Shown: positions 57,171 through 64,000 of the stretch, one piece after another | How the letters are laid out: every line of letters starts with the position of its first letter | How positions within the stretch are numbered: position 1 is the first letter of the stretch | Source of the DNA: an uncultured delta proteobacterium | Lineage (GTDB): Bacteria > Myxococcota > Myxococcia > Myxococcales > Myxococcaceae | DNA length: 64,000 nt | Assembly (NCBI GenBank): GCA_963711265.1 | Contig: CAVQDL010000016.1 | Coordinates: forward strand, 13,235 to 77,234 | Direction of reading: 5' to 3' | Notes under the pieces: generated by a model | Database searches by the model: none | Told to the model about the DNA's origin: nothing | What the model saw: the letters and a program-made list of their open reading frames with translations, nothing else | Made by a program: the position numbers and the translations under genes

Positions 57171-58181
57171 ATGCACCGCCTCCTTCTTGCCGCCTGTGTT
57201 TTGACGTCGGCCGCCGCCCTCGCACAGGCGGACGCCGGCAGCCCGGCCACGCTGGCCCTCCATGCGCTGGTGCTTCAGCCTGGCAGTCCAGGCCGCGTCG
57301 GGATGGACTACCTGGGCTACGAAGTCACCACCAACCAGGTGTGGGTTCCCGGCGGAAACACCGGCCGCGTCTTCGTCATCGACGCGACGAGCGAAACCAT
57401 CCGCACCGTCGAGGGCTTTCCCACCAAGGAGAAGGAAGGACGGACGCTGGGGCCGACGTCGGTGACCTTCGGGCCGGGGCGCGCCTTCGTCGGGAACCGG
57501 GCCGACTCCTCGGTGTGCTCTGTGGACTTGCGCACGCTGCAGCGCGGCGAGTGCGTGGCGCTCCCGGAGGCGCCGGATGGCCTGGCCTACGTGGCCACCA
57601 CCGACGAGGTATGGGCCACCACACCGAGGTCGCGCTCGCTCGTCATTCTCTCCGCGGCCAAGCACGGCCTGCCCATGGCCGGGCACATCCAGCTGCCGGG
57701 CGAGCCCGAGGGCTACGCGGTGGACCTGGCCGGGGGGCGTTTCTTCACCAATCTCGAGGACCGGAACGAGACGATGTCCCTCGACGTGCACACCCGGTCC
57801 CTCTCCGGCCACTGGCCCACCACCTGCAGTGCCGACGGGCCGCGCGGGTTGGCGCTGGACGCGGCCCACGGCGTGCTGGTGGTGGCGTGCACCGACCGCC
57901 TGGTGTCCTTCACCCTCAGCCCCAAGCCCGAGCGGCGAGGCAGCGTGGAGACCGGCCTGGGCGTCGACAACATCGACTTTGCCGCCAAGACGGGCACGGT
58001 GTGGGCGGCCGCCGGCAAGGCAGAGCGGCTGACGCGCGCCCAGCTTCTCCCCGACGGCTTGCTACACCCCTCCGGGGAGGCGCACACCTCGCCCGGCGTC
58101 CGGGTGGTGGTGGTGACGCCAGCCGGGAAGGCCTTCGCCGCGGACTCCGCTGGTGGACAACTCTGGGTGGCTGGCCCCTAA
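57171..58181 (+). CDS. secreted beta-propeller (YncE/lactonase-like repeat) protein
   Basis: It has a signal peptide. The repeats are VWVPGGNTGRVFVIDATS, LAYVATTDEVWATT and VLVVACTDRLVSFTL. Confidence 0.7.
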   Translation: MHRLLLAACVLTSAAALAQADAGSPATLALHALVLQPGSPGRVGMDYLGYEVTTNQVWVPGGNTGRVFVIDATSETIRTVEGFPTKEKEGRTLGPTSVTFGPGRAFVGNRADSSVCSVDLRTLQRGECVALPEAPDGLAYVATTDEVWATTPRSRSLVILSAAKHGLPMAGHIQLPGEPEGYAVDLAGGRFFTNLEDRNETMSLDVHTRSLSGHWPTTCSADGPRGLALDAAHGVLVVACTDRLVSFTLSPKPERRGSVETGLGVDNIDFAAKTGTVWAAAGKAERLTRAQLLPDGLLHPSGEAHTSPGVRVVVVTPAGKAFAADSAGGQLWVAGP

Positions 58182-58402
58182 GGGCAATGCCGTTCAGTTA
58201 AGGCCCAAGTGGCTGGCGCGGGCTGATCGCCACGCCAAGCCAGCGTCCGATGGGCACAAAGGAGCTGCCGATGGTTCTGATCCGGCATCTGGCTCAAACG
58301 TCCCTAAGTGATCGGCATTGCCCCTAAGGAGCCCCCGGAAGCCAGCGTCTGGGCGTCGGGGACGCCTGGACAGACGTGTCACTTTGTGTCACAATGTGAC
58401 CC

Positions 58403-58699
58403 ATGCCAAAGTCAGATCCCACAAGTCGCGCTCGCAAGGAGCGGGTCATTCACACCCGCGTCCCGGCGCCCCTCGAAGCGGAGTTGAAGCGCTTCGCCGA
58501 GGAACTGCGCATCCCGGTCTCCAACCTCATCCGCACCATCCTCGAGGACGCCCTGGCCGCCGCTGACCAGGCCGGCGAGCGCGTCGAGCGTGGGCTGCGC
58601 GACAGCGCGGCGCGGCTGGCGCATGGGCGGGACCATCTGCGGCGCACGCTGGTGGGCCGGCTTCCCGCCGGGACCAGCCGAAGGGGCCGCCCATCATGA
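58403..58699 (+). CDS. putative ribbon-helix-helix DNA-binding protein
   Basis: ERVIHTRVPAPLEAELKRFAEELRIPVSNLIRTILEDAL is RHH-like. Its stop overlaps the desaturase start (ATGA). Confidence 0.45.
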   Translation: MPKSDPTSRARKERVIHTRVPAPLEAELKRFAEELRIPVSNLIRTILEDALAAADQAGERVERGLRDSAARLAHGRDHLRRTLVGRLPAGTSRRGRPS

Positions 58700-59469
58700 C
58701 AGCCATCCTCATCTTGTTGGTGGCGCACTGGGTGACGTCCATCTTCGCCCAGACGCTCTTCTTGCACCGGTACGGCGCGCACCGGATGTTCACCATGAGC
58801 CCGGCCTGGGAGCGCTTCTTCTACCTGTTTGCCTTCGTCGCCCAGGGCCCTTCCTTCTTGGTTCCGCGCGCCTACGCCATCCTGCACCGCCAGCACCACA
58901 CCTTCGCGGACACCGAGCAGGACCCGCACTCCCCACGCTTCTTTTCCAACGTGGCCAGCATGATGTGGCACACCAAGCACCAGTACGACGTCTATGCCTA
59001 CCGGCGCGGCGAGCCGGAGGAGCGCTTCCTCGGCGGAACGCCGGAGTGGCCCTTCATCGACCGGCTGTCGCAGCGATGGACCACGCGCGTCGCGTTCGCC
59101 CTACTGTTCGTCCTCTTCTACGTGCACTTCGCCCCGTCGGCCTTCTGGTTCCTGCTGTTGCCCGTGCACTGGACGATGGGGCCCATCCACGGTGCCATCG
59201 TCAACTGGTGCGGCCACAAGTACGGCTACCGCAACTTCGACACCGACGACGTCAGCCGGAATACCCTCCGGCTCGAGTTCGTCACCATGGGCGAGCTGTT
59301 CCAGAACAACCACCACCAGTTCCCGACACGGCCCAACTTCGCCGTGCGCTGGTTCGAGCTCGACCCGGCCTACCAGCTGATGCGGCTTCTGGCCTGGGCC
59401 CGCATCATCCGCTTCGTCCCGGCGCAGGCCGCCCTGCCGGTCGTACCGGAAACGGCGGTCGCGGGGTGA
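58696..59469 (+). CDS. membrane fatty-acid desaturase
   Basis: The three His boxes are HRYGAH, HRQHH and HNNHH, with TM helices. Confidence 0.85.
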   Translation: MTAILILLVAHWVTSIFAQTLFLHRYGAHRMFTMSPAWERFFYLFAFVAQGPSFLVPRAYAILHRQHHTFADTEQDPHSPRFFSNVASMMWHTKHQYDVYAYRRGEPEERFLGGTPEWPFIDRLSQRWTTRVAFALLFVLFYVHFAPSAFWFLLLPVHWTMGPIHGAIVNWCGHKYGYRNFDTDDVSRNTLRLEFVTMGELFQNNHHQFPTRPNFAVRWFELDPAYQLMRLLAWARIIRFVPAQAALPVVPETAVAG

Positions 59470-60188
59470 TGCGGGATTTCCCCGCCTCGGACCGACCCGC
59501 CTCGGTGCTGGTGGCGCGGGAGGTGGCGGCCTTCGCCGCCTGGTCGCTGCTGCACCCCTTCGGCTGGAGGCCGCAGCGCAAGCGGACGCCGCGGCAGCAG
59601 CACCAGCGCACCGTCGTTTTCGTCCATGGCTGGGGCAGTAACCGCAGCGGCTTCCTCCCCCTGTCCGCCTACCTGCGCGCCCATGGCATCCGGCAGATGC
59701 TGGCCTTCGACTACCAATCCTCTTCTGGCATCGAGCGCGCCGCCGTGGCCCTCCGGGACTTCCTGCGGCACGCCGTGCGCGGGGGGCGAATCGACCTCGT
59801 CTGCCACAGCCTGGGTGGCGTCGTGGCCCGCGTCTACCTCGAGCAGCTGGCAGGGGCGCGACGGGTCGACCGCTGCATCACCCTCGGGACGCCCCACCGG
59901 GGGACCTACAACGCCTACTGGTTGGGCACCCGCGTCGGGCGGGAGCTCCGTCCGGATTCCGCGCTCCTGGAACGGCTAGCCCGCACGGCGGGCCAGGCCC
60001 CCGGCGTCCGCTACACCTCGGTTGTCGCCGGCTCGGACAACATCATCATCCCGCGCGTCTTCGCCGCCGGAGACGACCTGGTCCTCGTGCCGGACGTCGG
60101 CCACCTGGGCATGCTGTTTTCGCCGGCGGTGGCGCGGGCGGTGCTGGACCGGCTGCTGCCACGCCAGATTTGCGTGGCGACACCGTGA
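59469..60188 (+). CDS. alpha/beta hydrolase (lipase/esterase-like)
   Basis: VVFVHGWGSN is an oxyanion-hole region and CHSLGG is the GxSxG nucleophile. Its start overlaps the upstream stop (TGATG). Confidence 0.8.
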   Translation: MRDFPASDRPASVLVAREVAAFAAWSLLHPFGWRPQRKRTPRQQHQRTVVFVHGWGSNRSGFLPLSAYLRAHGIRQMLAFDYQSSSGIERAAVALRDFLRHAVRGGRIDLVCHSLGGVVARVYLEQLAGARRVDRCITLGTPHRGTYNAYWLGTRVGRELRPDSALLERLARTAGQAPGVRYTSVVAGSDNIIIPRVFAAGDDLVLVPDVGHLGMLFSPAVARAVLDRLLPRQICVATP

Positions 60189-60270
60189 CTTCACTGGAAG
60201 CGACCACCGAGAGTCGTTAGCCCATCCCGGACTGGACGGCGGAGCTGTCCTCTGGGAAGGTGCCTTTAAC

Positions 60271-61206
60271 GTGCTGCGCTACAGAGCCGACGTCCGCACC
60301 CTTGGAATTCTCGCGACTTACGCCGCCCTCTTCATCACGGGGTGGATGGTGGCGCCCACTGGGCCGCTGCTTTGGGCGTGGGTGGCGGTGCTGTCCTACA
60401 ACTCGTGGCTGTGCGCGGTGGTGGCCCACAACACGGTCCACTGCCCGGTCTTCACCCAGCGCTGGATGAATCGTGCCTTCCAGGTCTGGGTCAGCCTGTC
60501 CTACGGCTTTCCCATCAGCGAGTACGTGCCCGGTCACAACCTCTCCCACCACCGCTTCACGGAGATGCGCGAGGACGTCATGCGCACCAGCAAGGTGCGC
60601 TTCCAGTGGAACTTCCTCAACTTGGTCTTCTTCTTCCCCGCGGTAACACCGGCTATCCTCCGCGGCAACGCGCGCTTCAAGCAGCTGCGGGGCAGCAAAA
60701 TCTCCGCCTGGCACAACCAGTTCCTTCTCGAAGCGGTGGTGGTGTGGGGCCTGAAGGTGGTCCTGCTCTTGGTCGATTGGCGCAAGGCGCTGCTGTTCAT
60801 GGTGGTGCCGCACCTGGTTGCCAACTTCGGCATCGTCACCATCAACCTGCTCCAGCACGACGGCTGCGACCCGGAGCATCCCGTCAACCACTCGCGGAAT
60901 TTCGTGAGCCCGCTGTTGAACTTCCTGACCGTGAACAACGGCTACCACGGCATTCACCACAACGAGCCAGGGCTGCACTGGAGCCTGCTGCCGGCCGCGC
61001 ATGCCGCGCGCATGCGGCCGACCCTTCACCCCAACCTCGAAGAGCGGTCCATGGTCGGCTACATCTTCAAAGCCTACGTCTACCCAGGGAGGCGCCTGGC
61101 CTATGACGGCAGGCCGCTGGTGGTGAAGGACCTGGGTCCTGACCGCGACTGGGTCCAGCCCGAGGACGCAGACTTCGCGGGAAGCCGCACCATGGCCCCG
61201 GCCTAA
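60271..61206 (+). CDS. fatty-acid desaturase family membrane protein
   Basis: The His boxes are HNTVHC, HNLSHH and HGIHH. The GTG start is preceded by ggaagg. Confidence 0.8.
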   Translation: MLRYRADVRTLGILATYAALFITGWMVAPTGPLLWAWVAVLSYNSWLCAVVAHNTVHCPVFTQRWMNRAFQVWVSLSYGFPISEYVPGHNLSHHRFTEMREDVMRTSKVRFQWNFLNLVFFFPAVTPAILRGNARFKQLRGSKISAWHNQFLLEAVVVWGLKVVLLLVDWRKALLFMVVPHLVANFGIVTINLLQHDGCDPEHPVNHSRNFVSPLLNFLTVNNGYHGIHHNEPGLHWSLLPAAHAARMRPTLHPNLEERSMVGYIFKAYVYPGRRLAYDGRPLVVKDLGPDRDWVQPEDADFAGSRTMAPA

Positions 61207-61240
61207 AGTCCCGGGGAGTCGGCGCCGGGGGGGGGAACGC

Positions 61241-61684
61241 TTAGCGCTCGCTGCCGCGCAACGCGGCGCCGGCGGCCTTCACATGCGCAGCAAGCTGCTC
61301 GACGTCCACCGGCTTGCCCAGCCTCCCCACCACCAGCGCGGAGTCCGGCGCCACCTTCTCCAAGACGGGGTAGGCCGAGACGAGGACAAAGCGCAGCCCG
61401 TCGGCGTCCGCGCGCCGTGACAGCGAGTGAAGTAACTCCGGGCCGCTCGTTCCGGGAAGCATGAGGTCCAGAATCAGCACCAGCGGGGGCCCCACCTCCT
61501 CGACCAGACGCTCGGCGGTGGCCGCGTCCTCGGCCGTCAGGACGGTGTACCCGCGGCGCACCAGAGCATTGCGCAGGTAGGCCCGGAAGAAGGACTGGTC
61601 ATCCACCACCAGCACCAGGGGGCCCTGCGCGCTGGCCGTCGCCGAGGCGTGCACGACGGCATATTTGCCACCCCAAGCCGGCAT
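61241..61684 (-). CDS. single-domain response regulator (CheY-like receiver)
   Basis: VLVVDDQSFFRAYLRN...LVLILDLMLPGTSGPELL...FVLVSAY. The start is taken at the internal Met, but the ORF may extend to 61747. Confidence 0.75.
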   Translation of the reverse strand: MPAWGGKYAVVHASATASAQGPLVLVVDDQSFFRAYLRNALVRRGYTVLTAEDAATAERLVEEVGPPLVLILDLMLPGTSGPELLHSLSRRADADGLRFVLVSAYPVLEKVAPDSALVVGRLGKPVDVEQLAAHVKAAGAALRGSER

Positions 61685-61842
61685 CAGAAAAGTGGGTGCC
61701 CAGGGACACCCGAAGGCCGCGGCCCTGTGGTCCAAAGGGCGCCGCACCGGCGCAAACCCGCTCCGTCACGGAACCCCACCGTCCGCGGCACGGGTGGGCG
61801 CCGCCGGCCCGTCTCTTCCCCCAGCGTGGAGGGGGCGAAGGG

Positions 61843-62148
61843 CTAGCGTCCGGTCGGGATGAAGGGCTGCCGACGAAGCGCTTCGGCGACGGCGTCCAGC
61901 GTCGGAGCGGCAGGGGCAGCGGTCGCGGCGGGCGCGTGGTGACCCAGCACGTTGCGCAGTTCCTGTTCGAACTTCACATTGCCGGCTGCGATTTCGCGCA
62001 GCGCGGTGACGGTAGGCTTGTCTCGGCCAGAGGGCACGGTGCAGGTGGCTCCGGAGAGCAGCTGCTTGGTGCGTCGGACGGCAAGGATGGAGAGCGCGAA
62101 GCGGTTCTCCGCGTACGGACCGCAGTCTTCAATCGTGACTCGCGCCAT
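61843..62148 (-). CDS. rpoZ: DNA-directed RNA polymerase subunit omega
   Basis: MARVTIEDCGPYAENRFALSILAVRRTKQLL matches the omega-subunit signature. Confidence 0.8.
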   Translation of the reverse strand: MARVTIEDCGPYAENRFALSILAVRRTKQLLSGATCTVPSGRDKPTVTALREIAAGNVKFEQELRNVLGHHAPAATAAPAAPTLDAVAEALRRQPFIPTGR

Positions 62149-62333
62149 ACGGAAGGGGTTAGCACGCCCGTCCGGGGGCAGCAAACTTGGGGGGCGCACC
62201 CCGGGCAAGACGTGCGCCTGGCGGCTGGCCAAGTGCTGAAGGCGGTTAGGGGGTCCTGGCCTTCGGGGCGTCCGGAGCCAGTTGCTGGACGAGGAGGTCG
62301 CTGAGTTCGTCCACTGCGTCGCGAGCGCGCTCA

Positions 62334-63455
62334 TCACCGGCGTTGGCCGTCACCAGCACTGCCGCGTGAAGTCTCGGGATGACGACGATGCGGGCAGTGT
62401 TGTAGCCGTTGCTGCCATTGTGGGTGAGCAGCTTGCGGGGAGCCGAGGGTGGTGACGCCCCAGCCCATCGCGATGTCCTTCCCCGGCCCAACGCCCGGGA
62501 CTTGCAGCGGTTCATGCAGCTTCCGGAGCGACGCGTCGGTGAGCCAGCCTGCCGGCCCATCGCCCGCGTGCGCCGCGGCAAACCGCGCCCAGGCGTCGAG
62601 CGAACAGTGCACCGTGCCAGCCGGGCCCATCAGGGGTGGGTTGTCCTCGGCGGTCGGTGCGTAGACGCCTTTGTCGACATCGTGCCCCCAGACGGCGCTC
62701 GGGTGTGCCGCGGTCGCGGTCGGGCCGAAGCCGCACCCAACCATCCGCAGCGGCGCGAAGACTTCCGCCTCCACCAGCTGCTCCCAGGGCCTTCCGGTGA
62801 CGTGCTCCACGACGTGGCCGATGATGAGGTAGTCGTAGTTCGAGTACACGAAGCGCGTTCCCGGCGGCAGCGTCGGGCCCTTGGCGAGGAAGCGCTCGGC
62901 CATGTCCGCGCGCTGGTGCTCGAGCGTCCAGTGCTCGTCATCGAAGCCTTGGGTGAATTCCGGGGTGAAGGCGCCGCCCCCGGGCAGGCCGGCGACGTGA
63001 CGCAGCACCATTTCCAGCGTCACGCCGCCGAAGGCGGGGCTCATCTTCGTGTTCGGGAGCGCTTCTGCCAGCGTCTCGTCCCAGCGCAGAAGGCCCCGCT
63101 CGACCAGCCGGGCCACCACCGAGGCGGTGATGGCCTTCGTGTCCGACCCGAGATGAAAGGCATCCGTCCGCTGGACGGGGTCCGAAGCATCGACTCGGCG
63201 TACGCCAGCGACGGCGGTGCTGGGGACGCCGCCCCGGACGACCGACGCCCCCATGGCAGGAATCCCGTGCTGCGAGCGCACCTGGGCGACTTCCAAAGCG
63301 AGTGCTCCCTCCGGCTGGGCGTCCTTCGGAGAGGGAGTGGGCAAGGCGCTGGCACAGGCACCAAGCAAGATGGCCAAGGCAGCCTTGCCGCCTGCTGTCC
63401 GGCGCCAACCCCTCACCGCCTCCGGCATGGTCAAGCCCTCCCCGGGGGGTTGCAT
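62334..63455 (-). CDS. beta-lactamase-family serine hydrolase, lipoprotein
   Basis: The lipobox is LLGAC. The SxxK motif is in HLGSDTKAITASVVARLVERG. Later motifs are YSNYDY and HDVDKGVYAPT. Confidence 0.8.
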   Translation of the reverse strand: MQPPGEGLTMPEAVRGWRRTAGGKAALAILLGACASALPTPSPKDAQPEGALALEVAQVRSQHGIPAMGASVVRGGVPSTAVAGVRRVDASDPVQRTDAFHLGSDTKAITASVVARLVERGLLRWDETLAEALPNTKMSPAFGGVTLEMVLRHVAGLPGGGAFTPEFTQGFDDEHWTLEHQRADMAERFLAKGPTLPPGTRFVYSNYDYLIIGHVVEHVTGRPWEQLVEAEVFAPLRMVGCGFGPTATAAHPSAVWGHDVDKGVYAPTAEDNPPLMGPAGTVHCSLDAWARFAAAHAGDGPAGWLTDASLRKLHEPLQVPGVGPGKDIAMGWGVTTLGSPQAAHPQWQQRLQHCPHRRHPETSRGSAGDGQRR

Positions 63456-63501
63456 CCGCCATCCGCCCCGTGGCGAGAAACGGCCCGCTTCTTTCCTGTG
63501 G

Positions 63502-64000
63502 CTACTTCAGTCCGGCGTCCGGACGCCACGTCACGCCCAGCTTGGCCAACATCTTCATGGCATTGGAATTCCTCGGATTCATCTTCAGGGACTGCTGGTA
63601 GCTTTCGACGGCGAGCGCTGTCTGGCCTGAAGTCAGGTAGCCGTCGCCCAGGCTGTCGTAGGCGTTCCAGTCGTCCGGGTAGAAGGCGACATTGGCCGCG
63701 AAGATGCGAATGGCATCCTCCGTCTGACCAGCACTCAGAAGGCTATAGCCAACCCCGTTGAGGTCGCCGGGCCCGAATCTCTCCTTGGGCCCCCGCGCGC
63801 GCTCCGACGCGTAGTCCGAGAGGGCCTTCTCGGTGCCCAGCTTCCGGGAAACAGTCAAGAAACGGAGGAAGGGTGAGGTGGGCTCTTGGGTGTAGGACTT
63901 CCAGCGGTACTCCTTGGCGATGCTGGCCGTCAGAGGGCCGAAGAGCGCGTACCCCACGTCTGAGTTGGTCATGATGGCGACGCCCTGGCCCGAGTCAGAA
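63502..64000 (-). CDS. partial gene: the C-terminal TPR region of a serine hydrolase-like protein, running off the right edge
   Basis: The frame stays open upstream of Met 63972 (GQGVAIMTNSD...). TPR-like repeats follow (AIRIFAANVAFYPDDWNAYDSLGDGYLTSGQTALAVESYQQSLKMNP). Confidence 0.55.
   Translation of the reverse strand, partial: SDSGQGVAIMTNSDVGYALFGPLTASIAKEYRWKSYTQEPTSPFLRFLTVSRKLGTEKALSDYASERARGPKERFGPGDLNGVGYSLLSAGQTEDAIRIFAANVAFYPDDWNAYDSLGDGYLTSGQTALAVESYQQSLKMNPRNSNAMKMLAKLGVTWRPDAGLK

Noticed and set aside
1-64000. CRISPR arrays, transposases or IS elements, rRNA genes
   Set aside because: No regularly spaced direct repeats, no DDE or serine/tyrosine recombinase-like ORFs, and no rRNA-like sequence were found. 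The only recombination-related genes are the excisionase-type HTH proteins.

Overview
This window is a high-GC (about 68-70%) chromosomal segment with Myxococcota-style gene content: a TPR-tailed Ser/Thr kinase, two ECF sigma/anti-sigma pairs and many lipoproteins. From left to right the main blocks are:
- The 5' end of hemE, then canonical tRNA-Val and tRNA-Asp.
- A ~9.5 kb decayed genomic island anchored at tRNA-Asp, bounded by imperfect direct repeats of the tRNA 3' end. It carries the kinase, a DoxX-like membrane protein, an excisionase-type HTH and two TetR-SDR pairs, and has no integrase.
- A divergent peptidase pair (M19 dipeptidase and S15 hydrolase), an enoyl-CoA hydratase, an MscK-like channel and mltF.
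- An ECF sigma / anti-sigma / LTXXQ envelope-stress module.
- A frameshifted beta-propeller plus di-heme cytochrome c peroxidase lipoprotein.
- The most striking feature: an HNH endonuclease gene directly followed by a dense array of 20 tRNA genes (28388-30215, all on the minus strand, covering 17 amino acids; several have atypical D-arms or anticodon loops). Next to it are a candidate sRNA with its own promoter and terminator and a tRNA-Pro-like pseudogene with a broken acceptor stem. This looks like a mobile-element-borne tRNA array.
- Further right are an SPFH protein, an FAH hydrolase, a permease, PadR, a DUF3556 + FAD-oxidoreductase pair, an FN3/glycosidase lipoprotein, an orphan radical-SAM/SPASM enzyme and a molybdate/tungstate-like cluster (Mop, porin, periplasmic Mo-pterin-like protein, HTH-PBP regulator).
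- A second ECF pair, then an RND efflux operon with about 10 frameshifts and a pit remnant.
- A Prx5/LysR pair, a desaturase-lipase-desaturase lipid cluster, rpoZ and serine hydrolases.
No CRISPR array and no transposase was seen. All calls come from reading the sequence and the ORF track; no searches were run.
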